The translations under genes were made by a program, and so were the position numbers. Of a DNA stretch of 64,000 nucleotides, positions 51,387-61,028 are shown one piece after another; within the stretch, counting starts at the first letter, position 1; each line of letters begins with the position of its first letter. Source of the DNA: Pseudomonadota bacterium (GTDB lineage Bacteria > Pseudomonadota > Gammaproteobacteria > Burkholderiales > Thiobacillaceae). Location of the stretch: contig JAUYFG010000312.1 in NCBI GenBank assembly GCA_030690985.1, positions 14,208 through 78,207 of the forward strand, written 5' to 3'. The notes under the pieces were generated by a model. It was given only the letters and a program-made list of their open reading frames with translations. It had not been told where the DNA came from and did no database searches.

Positions 51387-51518
51387 TTTCGGATATTCGA
51401 TTTCGGATTTGCGATTTCGGATTTGACCGGTGACCGCTAACTCCAACATCCGAAATCCGAAATCCGAAATCCGAAATCGGACGAAATCCGAAATCCGAAA
51501 TCCGAAATCCGAAATCGA
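51385..51518. repeat. Heptanucleotide-repeat palindrome (ATCCGAA / TTTCGGA units)
   Basis: The left arm has 5 inverted units (3 perfect TTTCGGA). A 23-nt spacer follows. The right arm is 4 x ATCCGAA, a 10-nt variant, then 4 x ATCCGAA. Confidence 0.9.
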
Positions 51519-53574
51519 AGTCGCCCACAAACTCGGCTACGCCAGCCCGGCCGACCTGATCCTGCATCTACCGCTGCGCTACGAGGACGAAACCCGAATC
51601 ACCCCGCTGCGCGATGCCCGCCTGGGCGACACCGTACAGATCGAGGGGGTGGTGGAGCACAGCGAAATTCAGAATCGGCCGCGCCGGCAACTGGTTGTCC
51701 AGGTGGTCGATGCGGCCTCGGACAATGCCCGTTTGGTCTTCCGCCTCCTGCACTTCTATCCCAGCCAGGTGGCCCTGCTGAAGCCCGGCACGCGGGTACG
51801 CCTGATGGGCGAGGTTCGGCCCGGTTTCTTTGGCGCGGAGATGGTGCATCCGCAGTTTCGCGTGGTCCGGGAAACCACCCCACTACCGGACACCCTCACC
51901 CCGATCTACCCGGCGGTAGCGGCGCTGTCGCAATACGCCATCCGCCGCGCGGTGGAAAGCGCGCTGAGCGAGGCCGATCTGGGCGATCCGCTGCCCATCC
52001 CGGCCGGCTTCCCCAGTTTTGCGGAGGCCCTGCATAGTCTGCATCACCCGTCCCCCGACGCCCGCCAGGAAGCATTGGAGTCCCACGACACGCCCGCCTG
52101 GCGGCGTCTCAAATTCGACGAACTCCTGGCCCAGCAGCTTTCCCTGCGCCTGGCCGCGCGCCAGCGCCTGGCATTGCGTGCCCTCCCTTTGCCTGACGAC
52201 GGCGGTTTGCAGGAACGCCTGCTCGCCGCCCTGCCCTTCGCCATGACCGCCGCGCAACAACGGGCACTGCGCGAGATCCGCGACGACCTGGCGCGCCCGC
52301 ACCCGATGAACCGCCTGCTGCAAGGCGACGTCGGCAGCGGCAAGACCCTGGTGGCAGCCCTGGCCATCCTCCCCGCGCTGGCCGCCGGCACCCAGGCGGC
52401 GGTGATGGCGCCGACCGAAATCCTCGCCGAACAACTGTTCTTGAAATTCCAGGAATGGCTGCAACCGCTGGGCATCGAAGTCGCCTGGCTCGCCGCCGCA
52501 CTCAAGGGCAAGGCAAAAAAAGCCGCCATCGCCGGCATCGCCGACGGCAGTGTGCGGGTCGCGGTCGGCACCCATGCCCTGTTCCAGAACGATGTCAGCT
52601 TCCATAACCTCGCCCTCGTGGTCGTCGATGAACAACATCGCTTTGGGGTGGCGCAGAGGCTGGCGCTGCGCGCCAAAGGCGCGCAGGTAGCGAGTGGCGA
52701 GTCGCGAGTCGCAAGTACCCCCATCGACTCGCCACTCGCCACTCGCGACTTGCAACCGCACTTGTTGATGATGTCCGCCACCCCCATCCCACGCAGCCTG
52801 GCGATGAGCTACTACGCGGATCTCGACGTCTCGGTGATCGACGAACTGCCGCCCGGGCGCACCCCCATCGCCACCCGCACGATCAACGCCAATCGCCGCG
52901 ACGAGGTGATCGCCCGCCTGCGCGAATACTGCCTATCCGGGGCACAAGCGTATTGGGTCTGCCCGCTGGTGGAGGAATCGGACAAGCTGCAATTACGCGC
53001 GGCCGAGGAGAGCCATGCCGAACTCGTCGCCCTGCTGCCGGAACTGAACATCGGATTGGTCCACGGACGCATGAAATCGGAGGCGAAAGCCGCCGTGATG
53101 AGCGCGTTCAAGGCGGGTGAGCTGCATCTACTGGTGGCGACCACGGTGATTGAAGTCGGTGTCGATGTAGCCAACGCCGCGCTCATGGTGATCGAGCACG
53201 CCGAGCGTTATGGCCTGGCACAACTGCACCAGTTGCGCGGCCGCGTCGGGCGCGGCGCGCGCGAGTCATCCTGCGTGCTGCTCTACGAAACCCCGCTTTC
53301 CGATACGGCCCGGCAGCGCCTGAAAATCATCCACGACCACAACGACGGTTTCGCCATTGCCCGCGCCGACCTGCAATTGCGCGGCCCCGGCGAATTTCTC
53401 GGCGCGCGCCAGTCCGGCCAGCAACTGCTGCGCTTCGCCGATCCTTTGGCGGATAACGACCTGCTGGAACAGGCACGCGATGCCGCCGCCGACCTGCTGG
53501 AACAACATCCGCAGGGCGTACAACGCCACCTCGTCCGCTGGCTGCCACGCGGGCTGGATCTGTTCCGGGTCTGA
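51430..53574 (+). CDS. recG: ATP-dependent DNA helicase RecG
   Basis: LHLPLRYEDET wedge-domain start, GDVGSGKT, VVDEQHRFGV, SATPIPRSL, QLHQLRGRVGRG. The only in-frame start upstream of the conserved region is GTG 51430, inside the heptamer palindrome. Confidence 0.85.
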   Translation: MTANSNIRNPKSEIRNRTKSEIRNPKSEIEVAHKLGYASPADLILHLPLRYEDETRITPLRDARLGDTVQIEGVVEHSEIQNRPRRQLVVQVVDAASDNARLVFRLLHFYPSQVALLKPGTRVRLMGEVRPGFFGAEMVHPQFRVVRETTPLPDTLTPIYPAVAALSQYAIRRAVESALSEADLGDPLPIPAGFPSFAEALHSLHHPSPDARQEALESHDTPAWRRLKFDELLAQQLSLRLAARQRLALRALPLPDDGGLQERLLAALPFAMTAAQQRALREIRDDLARPHPMNRLLQGDVGSGKTLVAALAILPALAAGTQAAVMAPTEILAEQLFLKFQEWLQPLGIEVAWLAAALKGKAKKAAIAGIADGSVRVAVGTHALFQNDVSFHNLALVVVDEQHRFGVAQRLALRAKGAQVASGESRVASTPIDSPLATRDLQPHLLMMSATPIPRSLAMSYYADLDVSVIDELPPGRTPIATRTINANRRDEVIARLREYCLSGAQAYWVCPLVEESDKLQLRAAEESHAELVALLPELNIGLVHGRMKSEAKAAVMSAFKAGELHLLVATTVIEVGVDVANAALMVIEHAERYGLAQLHQLRGRVGRGARESSCVLLYETPLSDTARQRLKIIHDHNDGFAIARADLQLRGPGEFLGARQSGQQLLRFADPLADNDLLEQARDAAADLLEQHPQGVQRHLVRWLPRGLDLFRV
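52687..52755. repeat. Imperfect palindrome of GCGAGTN heptamers inside the recG coding sequence
   Basis: GTAGCGAGTGGCGAGTCGCGAGTCGCAAGTAC-loop-GACTCGCCACTCGCCACTCGCGACTTGCAA. Arm mismatches fall mainly every 7th base. It encodes VASGESRVASTPIDSPLATRDL. Confidence 0.8.
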
Positions 53575-53598
53575 CGGGTAAGCAACAACCCAATCCGC

Positions 53599-53638
53599 GT
53601 AGGTCGGGTTACGCGATAAAGCCGCTAACCCGACCTAC
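53599..53638. repeat. Short REP palindrome (GTAGGTCGGGTTA variant)
   Basis: GTAGGTCGGGTTACGCG-ATAAAGCC-GCTAACCCGACCTAC. Confidence 0.75.
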
Positions 53639-53731
53639 CTGGTACACACCAACCAGAGCCCGAGTAAATCCGTCGGCTTATAAGCAATCGCTTATACAAT
53701 CCCGCCCCGGCACAATCCCTGGAGGAGACAC

Positions 53732-54286
53732 ATGGACTGGCTTACCCACCCCTGGCCCTGGTATGTAGCGGGGCCGTTGATCGGCCTGATGGTTCCGATG
53801 ATGCTATTCATCGGCAACCGTTCTTTCGGCATTTCCAACAACCTGCGCCACCTGTGCGCCATTACCCAGCCACCCACGGTGGATATCGATTTCTTCCGTT
53901 ACAACTGGAAGGAACATACCTGGAGCCTGGTATTCGTCATCGGTACCGGACTGGGCGGCTATCTCGCCGGCGTGGTATTCGCCAACCCGCTCCCAGTGGA
54001 ACTCAGTCTGGCCACGCAGGACATGCTGACCTCCTGGGGCTTCACCCAACCCGGCCACAACCTGGTGCCGGAAGAGCTATTCCATACCAGCGTGCACAAC
54101 TTCACTTTCCTGTTCGCCTGTGGCGTACTGGTCGGGTTCGGCACCCGCTATGCCGGTGGCTGCACTTCCGGCCACGCCATCACCGGACTGTCCACCTTGC
54201 AACTGCCCTCGCTCTACGCCGTGCTGGGCATTTTCGCCGGCGGCCTCTTCACCTCCTGGTTTCTGGTTCCCTGGATGCTGCAATGA
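53732..54286 (+). CDS. YeeE/YedE-family sulfur-transport membrane protein (first half-size gene)
   Basis: Polytopic protein with the GGCTSGH motif typical of YeeE/YedE. Confidence 0.75.
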   Translation: MDWLTHPWPWYVAGPLIGLMVPMMLFIGNRSFGISNNLRHLCAITQPPTVDIDFFRYNWKEHTWSLVFVIGTGLGGYLAGVVFANPLPVELSLATQDMLTSWGFTQPGHNLVPEELFHTSVHNFTFLFACGVLVGFGTRYAGGCTSGHAITGLSTLQLPSLYAVLGIFAGGLFTSWFLVPWMLQ

Positions 54287-54702
54287 CCCGCTACCTGCCC
54301 TATCTCCTGGTCGGCGTCCTGTTCGGCTTCGTCCTGATCAAAGCGGAAGCAGCATCCTGGTATCGCATCCAGGAAATGTTCCATTTCCAGAGTTTTCATA
54401 TGTTCGGCGTCCTGTTCTCGGCCATCGCCACCGGGCTGGCCAGCGTGCAGATCGTCAAGCGCCTGAGCAAGCAGACCGCGCTGGATGGCCAGGCCATCGA
54501 CATTCCGGAAAAAGCGCCCGGTATGAAAAGTTACGTCTTCGGTGGCCTGATTTTCGGTTTCGGCTGGGGTTTGATCGGGCTATGCCCCGGCCCCATTTTT
54601 GCCTTGGTCGGCACCGGCTCCCTGGGTGCCCTCGTTGTCCTGGCCGGCGCGCTGCACGGAACCTGGCTTTATGGTGCGCTGAAGCAACACCTGCCCCATT
54701 AG
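54283..54702 (+). CDS. YeeE/YedE-related membrane protein (second half-size gene)
   Basis: ATGA overlap with the upstream gene. Four hydrophobic segments and a GLCPG motif. Confidence 0.7.
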   Translation: MTRYLPYLLVGVLFGFVLIKAEAASWYRIQEMFHFQSFHMFGVLFSAIATGLASVQIVKRLSKQTALDGQAIDIPEKAPGMKSYVFGGLIFGFGWGLIGLCPGPIFALVGTGSLGALVVLAGALHGTWLYGALKQHLPH

Positions 54703-54809
54703 TTTTTCCACCCTACCCATTAAAGTGTTTTATTTTGACAGCCCCAAGGGCGCGGACTACCCTTCGCGCCGGCATTTTTCCGCCTAACCCGCATTTGGAG
54801 GAAACACCC

Positions 54810-55316
54810 ATGCGCATGACTACCCTGGCCCTCGCCGGCCTGGCTTCCCTGGCCGCGACCACCACTCTGGCCGCCCCCCTGATGTCCAACGACTGGGCGG
54901 TGCAGGCCTGTACCTACTGGAACACCAACCCGGCGCTCACCACCGAACTGGCCGAGAAATGGTCCAAGAACGACGGTGGCCGAGGCTACAAGATCATCCA
55001 CATGTATCGCACCGATTGCGGCGAAGCCAACAAGGTGGAAATGACCATCTCCACCAAAGGCGGCAAGACCACCTGCGTCTATGCCGGCCCGATCCAGCAC
55101 GCCACGCTGGATTACGACATGGACTACAAGATGCACGCCGAAACCAAGCGCTGGCGTGAAATGGGCGCCGGCGAGTACGGCCCCATGCGTGCCATGATGT
55201 TCGGCCGTCTCAAGTTCGACGGCCCGAAGGGCGAAGCCATGAAGGTCATGGGCCCGTTCGAGCAGTTCCTGCTGATCCCCGGCAAGGTAGCCGGCGACGA
55301 CACCTGCCCGAAGTAA
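54810..55316 (+). CDS. Secreted SCP2 (sterol-carrier-like) domain protein
   Basis: Signal peptide. The C-terminal MFGRLKFDGPKGEAMKVMGPFEQFL resembles an SCP2 lipid-binding fold. GGAGG RBS. Confidence 0.55.
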   Translation: MRMTTLALAGLASLAATTTLAAPLMSNDWAVQACTYWNTNPALTTELAEKWSKNDGGRGYKIIHMYRTDCGEANKVEMTISTKGGKTTCVYAGPIQHATLDYDMDYKMHAETKRWREMGAGEYGPMRAMMFGRLKFDGPKGEAMKVMGPFEQFLLIPGKVAGDDTCPK

Positions 55317-55330
55317 GCTGACCTGCCGCT

Positions 55331-55365
55331 AAAAAAGCCCGCGAGGCAGCTCGCGGGCTTTTTTA
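55331..55365. terminator. Bidirectional rho-independent terminator
   Basis: AAAAAAGCCCGCGAG-GCAG-CTCGCGGGCTTTTTT between convergent genes. Confidence 0.75.
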
Positions 55366-55680
55366 TTGGCCAGCGGGGATAGGGATCACCCTGAGCGGCG
55401 TGCCCCCCGCCGCAATGGCGTAGAGGCGGTCGATATTGGGATGCTTGCCGGGATGCCGGCGCGCGTCCTCGCTATGTTCCGCATAAAGCCGCAGACCCTC
55501 TTCCGCCGCCGCACGGTCGATGCGGCCGAAACGATGTGCCAGCCAGGCATAGACACGCACGGAGCCGGCGCTGCCGGGCCGGTTTTCGATCACCGCCATG
55601 ACCGCATCGCCATTGACCAGCTCGATGCGGGACAGATTGTTGACGGTCGGCAACTCGATCAGGTTGTCAGCGAAGCTCAT
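55363..55680 (-). CDS. DUF2322-family protein
   Basis: 105 aa. [23 protein letters not shown]... is recognised as DUF2322. The start shares a base with the coq7 stop. Confidence 0.5.
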   Translation of the reverse strand: MSFADNLIELPTVNNLSRIELVNGDAVMAVIENRPGSAGSVRVYAWLAHRFGRIDRAAAEEGLRLYAEHSEDARRHPGKHPNIDRLYAIAAGGTPLRVIPIPAGQ

Positions 55681-56318
55681 CAGATGCGGTATGCAATATG
55701 GGTGAGGATTTTCGCAGTGAACTGCATGGCAGCACGCACCGGTGCCGGCAACGGCGCACCGCCGTGGGCGATGGCGGTATCGGCATGCTTCGCTTCGTCG
55801 ATCTTCATCTGTTCGACGATGGCGCGGCTCTTGGCATCCTGCTCGGGCAGCAGCCCCAGGTGGCTGTCCAGATGCCCTTCCACCTGGCGTTCGGTTTCCG
55901 CCAGGAAACCCAGGTTCCACTTATCACCCAGGGCACCGGCACAGGCGCCCAGGGCGAAGGAGCCGGCATACCAGAGCGGGTTGAAGAAGCTCTTGTGGCT
56001 ACCCAGTTCGTCGAGACGTTTCTCGCACCAGGCCAGATGCTCGGTTTCCTCATCGGCCGCTTCCAACAGGGCGCGCTGTGCTTCCGGATTACGCGCGGTA
56101 AGCGCCTGGCCGGCATAGAGCGCCTGTGCGCAAACCTCGCCGCTGTGGTTGATGCGCATGAGGCCGGCAGCATGGTGTTTGTCGGTTTCGCTCAGCGCCG
56201 TGTCGGGCAATCCGCTGTCCGGATACGGTCGGCGCGACCCCGCCTTGGCGAAGACCGTGCGCAGCACCTTGTCGAGTTGAAGGATGAAGGCGTCTGGGGT
56301 AGGCAACATGAGCGGCAT
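55680..56318 (-). CDS. coq7: 2-nonaprenyl-3-methyl-6-methoxy-1,4-benzoquinol hydroxylase (di-iron Coq7)
   Basis: Two ExxH di-iron motif pairs ([15 protein letters not shown]) and [14 protein letters not shown]. Confidence 0.9.
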   Translation of the reverse strand: MPLMLPTPDAFILQLDKVLRTVFAKAGSRRPYPDSGLPDTALSETDKHHAAGLMRINHSGEVCAQALYAGQALTARNPEAQRALLEAADEETEHLAWCEKRLDELGSHKSFFNPLWYAGSFALGACAGALGDKWNLGFLAETERQVEGHLDSHLGLLPEQDAKSRAIVEQMKIDEAKHADTAIAHGGAPLPAPVRAAMQFTAKILTHIAYRI

Positions 56319-56417
56319 TCCAACTGGATAGGGGTGTCGGATTATCGCCGATAATCGGCAGCCAGCATTCACCCCCGCCGCCGCTAACTGTAGCGCCGGC
56401 ATCCTTGCCGGCGTTTT

Positions 56418-57167
56418 TTGACACACTCCATGACTCTCCCTGACATCGCTTACGCCACCGCCGTGCTGTTGCTCGCCTATTTCGTGCGCGGCCTGTCCGG
56501 CTTCGGCTCCGGCCTCATCGCCGTCCCCTTGCTGGCCATGCGCTTCCCGCTGCCGGAAGTGGTGCCGTTCATGCTCATCGCCGATTTCGCCGCCTCCGCT
56601 CTGGTCGGTGGCCTTGCCTTCCGCCAGGTCGATTGGCCGGAAATCCGCCGCCTGATGCCCGCCACCGTGGTCGGCGTGGTGATCGGCACGCATCTGCTGG
56701 TGTCACTGCCTCCCGCGCTGTTGCTGACGCTACTCGGCGGCTTCGTGCTCGCCTTCGCCCTGCGCTCACTGCGACTCAGGCAAACCGGCTTCATGCCAGC
56801 CTCAAAGCACTGGGCCTGGCCAGCCGCGCTCACTGGCGGCGCGGTAAGCGGCCTGTTCGGCACCGGCGGGCCGCCTTACGTGATCTACCTTTCGCATCGC
56901 CTCCAGGACAAGGGGCGCTTACGCGCCACGCTCTCCGCCCTGTTCTTCCTGGAAGGCCTGCTGCGCATCGCCACCTTCCTGTTCGCCGGCCTGCTGCTGG
57001 GCCATGAAGTCTGGCGCAACGCGCTGTTCGCCGCCCCCCTCATCGTCGCCGCCTTGTATGTCGGCAGCCACGTCCATGCCCGTCTGACGGATCGCCAGAT
57101 GCAGCAAGGAGTGAGCCTGCTCCTCCTCGGCAGCGGGGTATCGCTGCTGGTCAAGGCAGGGTGGTGA
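56418..57167 (+). CDS. TauE/SafE-family (DUF81) anion exporter
   Basis: About 8 TM segments with two internal repeats carrying GxGGG-like motifs. Confidence 0.75.
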   Translation: MTHSMTLPDIAYATAVLLLAYFVRGLSGFGSGLIAVPLLAMRFPLPEVVPFMLIADFAASALVGGLAFRQVDWPEIRRLMPATVVGVVIGTHLLVSLPPALLLTLLGGFVLAFALRSLRLRQTGFMPASKHWAWPAALTGGAVSGLFGTGGPPYVIYLSHRLQDKGRLRATLSALFFLEGLLRIATFLFAGLLLGHEVWRNALFAAPLIVAALYVGSHVHARLTDRQMQQGVSLLLLGSGVSLLVKAGW

Positions 57168-57205
57168 CTGGTCATGGCCGATTGGCCGCCCCGTGTCCCT
57201 GAAAC

Positions 57206-57282
57206 GTAGGATGTGGTGAGCGATAGCGAACCGCATCAGGCAGCCGGGTCGATGCGGTTCGCTATCGCTCACCACATCCTAC
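57206..57282. repeat. REP palindrome (GTAGGATGTGGTGAGCG family)
   Basis: GTAGGATGTGGTGAGCGATAGCGAACCGCATC...GATGCGGTTCGCTATCGCTCACCACATCCTAC. Confidence 0.85.
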
Positions 57283-57375
57283 GCAGGGTGGCGATGGGAG
57301 GTTGTTTCACAGTAACGCCTTACAAGAACGCTGCTGGCGACCACCGCCAGCCCGCCTTGCATTCCGTCCAGCCAT

Positions 57376-57400
57376 GAAAAAAGCCGCCTGTGTGGCGGCT
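57376..57400 (-). terminator. Rho-independent terminator after rplS
   Basis: The minus strand reads AGCCGCC-ACACAG-GCGGCTTTTTT. Confidence 0.65.
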
Positions 57401-57431
57401 TTCTCGCGGCTTTTTTCGGAGAGGGAGGAGA

Positions 57432-57815
57432 TCAGTCCTTCTTCTTCTTGTGGAAGTCCAGCTTTTCCTTGATCCGAGCCGACTTGCCGGAGCGGTCGCG
57501 CAGGTAATAGAGCTTGGCGCGACGCACATCGCCGCGACGCTTCACCACGAGGCTGGCCAACAGGGGGGAGTAGGTCTGGAAGGTACGCTCGACGCCTTCG
57601 CCGGCGGAAATTTTGCGCACGGTAAAAGCAGAGTTGAGGCCACGGTTGCGCTTGGCGATGACCACGCCTTCATAGGCCTGAAGACGCTCGCGGGTGCCTT
57701 CCTTCACTTTCACGCTGACCACCACGGTATCGCCGGGCGCGAACGGGGGCAGGCTTTTGCCGCCCTCACACAGGCGAGCAATTTCTTCTTGTTCCAGTTG
57801 TTCGATCAGATTCAT
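57432..57815 (-). CDS. rplS: 50S ribosomal protein L19
   Basis: [36 protein letters not shown]. Confidence 0.95.
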   Translation of the reverse strand: MNLIEQLEQEEIARLCEGGKSLPPFAPGDTVVVSVKVKEGTRERLQAYEGVVIAKRNRGLNSAFTVRKISAGEGVERTFQTYSPLLASLVVKRRGDVRRAKLYYLRDRSGKSARIKEKLDFHKKKKD

Positions 57816-57908
57816 CTTCGTTTCCTTGCACGATATTGGGGGTAGAGGTCTCAAAAAGCAGGAGACATGCCGCCGTTTCTAATAGCCGGATGACTCCGGA
57901 ACCACAAC

Positions 57909-58646
57909 CTACTCGATCTCGTCGAGCAATTCTCTTTCCAGCAAACTCAACTCACGCCCGGCCAACAGATCCGGGCGCCGCTTACGCGTTCTATCCAGCG
58001 CCTGCTTCAGCCGCCAGCGGACGACGTCGGCATGATTGCCGGAACGCAGCACATCCGGCACCTTGTGCCCCAGGTAGTCCTCGGGCCGCGTGTAGTGCGG
58101 GCAATCCAGCAAACCGTCGGCAAAGGAGTCTTCCTCGGCCGAATCCGCATGCCCCAATGCCCCGGGGATGCGGCGTATCAATGCATCCAGCAACACCATC
58201 GCCGGCAACTCGCCACCGGACAACACGTAGTCGCCGATGGAGACTTCTTCCAGCAGGTGGCGCTCGTACAAGCGCTCGTCGATACCTTCGTAGCGCCCCG
58301 CCAGCAAAACCAACGCGGGCGCGGCACCCAGTTCTTCCACCAGGCTCTGATCCAGCTTGCGGCCTTGCGGCGACAGGTAGATCAGCCGTGGCGCCAGGCC
58401 TTCCCGGCGCAAGGCAGTTTTCGCCGCCGTCAACGCCAGGTCCAGCGGCTCGGCCAGCATCACCATGCCGGGGCCACCGCCGAACGGCCGATCATCCACC
58501 GTGCGGTAGTTGTCCTGCGTGAAGTCCCGGGGGTCCCAGAATTTCACGGAGCACAACGCTTTCTTTACTGCCCTGCCGCTGACACCGTAGCCCGTGAGCG
58601 CGGCGAACATCTCGGGAAACAGGGTAACAACGTGATAACTCGGCAT
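57909..58646 (-). CDS. trmD: tRNA (guanine37-N1)-methyltransferase
   Basis: VVTLFPEMF..., [22 protein letters not shown]. Confidence 0.95.
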   Translation of the reverse strand: MPSYHVVTLFPEMFAALTGYGVSGRAVKKALCSVKFWDPRDFTQDNYRTVDDRPFGGGPGMVMLAEPLDLALTAAKTALRREGLAPRLIYLSPQGRKLDQSLVEELGAAPALVLLAGRYEGIDERLYERHLLEEVSIGDYVLSGGELPAMVLLDALIRRIPGALGHADSAEEDSFADGLLDCPHYTRPEDYLGHKVPDVLRSGNHADVVRWRLKQALDRTRKRRPDLLAGRELSLLERELLDEIE

Positions 58647-58650
58647 CACC

Positions 58651-59202
58651 TTAATAATCCAGACCCCACTCCACCACGATGCGCCTGGCCGCCATGTCCA
58701 CCTCGCGGACAAAGGCATCGACGAAGGGAATCAGCCGTTCCCGTTCGCCCTGGATCTGGAGTACATCATGGGCGCCGGTGGCCAGCAGCGCATCCACTTT
58801 GCCGAGCACAGCCCCTTCACCATTCACCACTTCCAGGCCGATCAGATCGTCCCAGTAATACTCACCTTCCTCGGCTACCGGCCGGTCCTCGCGCGGCACC
58901 GCGATGTCCATACCCGTCACGGCCTCGGCGGCATCCCGATCGTCCATCCCTTCCAGGTGGGCAAGCAGGTATTGCCCGTGCACCTTGCCCTCGACCAGGC
59001 GGAACGGGCGCCATTGGCCCTTCCTGCCCACATGCCAGAGCGGGTAGTCCAGCAGGCTGTCGATGTACTCGGTTTGCGTCTGAATCCTGACCCAGCCACG
59101 TATCGCATAGGGCGCGGAGATCCGCCCCATCACCACCAGAGCGTCCTCACCCGGTTTCTGACCATCGAGCGGTACGCCGCTCTCGGTGGGAACGCGCTTC
59201 AA
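58651..59202 (-). CDS. rimM: 16S rRNA processing protein RimM
   Basis: [15 protein letters not shown]...PRC-barrel C-terminus. Located in the rpsP-rimM-trmD-rplS order. Confidence 0.9.
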   Translation of the reverse strand: MKRVPTESGVPLDGQKPGEDALVVMGRISAPYAIRGWVRIQTQTEYIDSLLDYPLWHVGRKGQWRPFRLVEGKVHGQYLLAHLEGMDDRDAAEAVTGMDIAVPREDRPVAEEGEYYWDDLIGLEVVNGEGAVLGKVDALLATGAHDVLQIQGERERLIPFVDAFVREVDMAARRIVVEWGLDY

Positions 59203-59207
59203 GGCAA

Positions 59208-59453
59208 TCAGGCGGCAACTTTGACGTGCACGATACGAGTCACGGTGTCGGAAGCCTGGGCGCCGACGCCTTGCCAGTAAGCCAGACGCTCGCGGTCGAT
59301 GCGCAAGGTCTCGGAGTTGCCGGAAGCGAGGGGGTTGTAGAAGCCGATGCGTTCGATGAAGCGGCCATCACGACGGTTGCGGGAATCCGCCACCACGATG
59401 TTGTAGAAGGGGCGCTTCTTGGAGCCGCCACGGGCAAGACGAATGGAGACCAT
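59208..59453 (-). CDS. rpsP: 30S ribosomal protein S16
   Basis: [34 protein letters not shown]. Confidence 0.95.
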   Translation of the reverse strand: MVSIRLARGGSKKRPFYNIVVADSRNRRDGRFIERIGFYNPLASGNSETLRIDRERLAYWQGVGAQASDTVTRIVHVKVAA

Positions 59454-59598
59454 GTTTAATCTGTCCTATGTATCTGATGAAACACCCGAAAAACCGGGCA
59501 GGAAACCCGTGGGAAGCCCACACGGAAAAGCCGCGCATTGTACGTGAACCGAAAGATCATTCCAAGCGGCTGTTTTAGCGAAGGAATTCGATGGTCGG

Positions 59599-60948
59599 CT
59601 AGCGCATCCCCGGCATCATGCCCTTCATGCCGCGCATCATCTTGGACAGGCCGCCCTTGCCCATCGACTTCATCATCTTCTGGGCCTGTTCGAACTGGGT
59701 GAGCAGGCGGTTGACGTCCTGCACCTGGACGCCCGAGCCGGTGGCGATACGGCGTTTGCGCGAAGCTTTCAGCAGGGCGGGATTGCGTCGTTCGGCGGGG
59801 GTCATGGCATTGATGATGCCTTCGATGCGGCGCATCTGTACTTCCCCCTGGGCGATTTCGCCGGCGCCGATCTTGCCGGCACCCGGCAGCTTGTCCATCA
59901 GGGAAGAGAGGCCGCCCAGTTTTTTCATCTGCTGCATCTGCGACTTGAAGTCTTCCAGGTCGAAGCCCTTGCCGCTCTTCAGCTTCTGCACCGTTTTCAG
60001 CGCTTCCTCGTGGTCCACCGCCTTGTGCGCTTCCTCGATCAGAGAGAGCACATCACCCATGCCGAGCACGCGACTGGCCATGCGTTCGGGGTGGAACACC
60101 TCGATGCCGGAGAGCTTTTCACCGACGCCCACCAACTTGATCGGCTTGCCGGTGATGTGGCGCACCGACAGCGCCGCACCACCGCGCGCATCGCCATCCA
60201 GCTTGGTGAGGATGATGCCGGTGAGCGGCAGCGTGTCGTTGAAGACCTTGGCGGTGTTGACCGCGTCCTGGCCCTGCATGGCGTCCACCACGAACAGGGT
60301 TTCGATCGGCTTCAGGAAGGCGTGCAGATCCTTGATCTCGTCCATCATCGCCGCATCCACATGCAGGCGGCCGGCGGTATCGACGATCAACACATCGTAG
60401 AAATGCTTCTTCGCGTAATCCAGCGCAGCACGGGCGATGTCGAGCGGCTTCTGCTCCGGGCTGGAGGGAAAGAAATCGGCCTCGGCCTGGGCGGTCACCA
60501 GCCTCAACTGTTCGATGGCGGCGGGACGGTAAACGTCGCAGCTCACCAGCAGAATCTTCTTGCGCCCCTGCTCGCGGATGACGCGCACCAATTTGCCCGA
60601 GGAGGTGGTCTTGCCGGCGCCCTGCAAGCCCGCCATCAGGAACACGGCGGGCGGCTGCATGGCGAAGGACAGCGGCGCGGCCTGCTCACCCATCAAATAA
60701 GTGAGTTCCTTGTGCACCACGCCGATCAGCATCTGACCAGGCGTCAGGCTCTTCAGTACATCCGCGCCCATCGCCTTTTCTTTCACGCGGGCGATGAAAT
60801 CGCGCACCACCGGCAAGGCCACATCGGCCTCCAGCAGGGCCACGCGCACTTCGCGCAGGGCGTCCTGGACGTTGGCTTCGGTCAGGCGCCCCTGGCCACG
60901 CAGATTCTTGACGACATGGGAAAGGCGCTGGGTAAGGTTGTCGAACAT
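59599..60948 (-). CDS. ffh: Signal recognition particle protein Ffh
   Basis: GLQGAGKTT, DTAGR, TKLDGDARGG, and a Met-rich M domain. Confidence 0.95.
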   Translation of the reverse strand: MFDNLTQRLSHVVKNLRGQGRLTEANVQDALREVRVALLEADVALPVVRDFIARVKEKAMGADVLKSLTPGQMLIGVVHKELTYLMGEQAAPLSFAMQPPAVFLMAGLQGAGKTTSSGKLVRVIREQGRKKILLVSCDVYRPAAIEQLRLVTAQAEADFFPSSPEQKPLDIARAALDYAKKHFYDVLIVDTAGRLHVDAAMMDEIKDLHAFLKPIETLFVVDAMQGQDAVNTAKVFNDTLPLTGIILTKLDGDARGGAALSVRHITGKPIKLVGVGEKLSGIEVFHPERMASRVLGMGDVLSLIEEAHKAVDHEEALKTVQKLKSGKGFDLEDFKSQMQQMKKLGGLSSLMDKLPGAGKIGAGEIAQGEVQMRRIEGIINAMTPAERRNPALLKASRKRRIATGSGVQVQDVNRLLTQFEQAQKMMKSMGKGGLSKMMRGMKGMMPGMR

Positions 60949-61028
60949 GATGGTTTAGGGCGTATGGGATAGACTGGCGCAGTTTATCAGTCAACCCGAA
61001 GCCCACCACGGCCCTGCCTCATACGCCC

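Noticed and set aside
51385-51518. Heptamer arrays and REP clusters as possible CRISPR arrays
   Set aside because: Units are 7 nt or single palindromes with no regularly spaced unique spacers of 25-40 nt. No cas genes are present.
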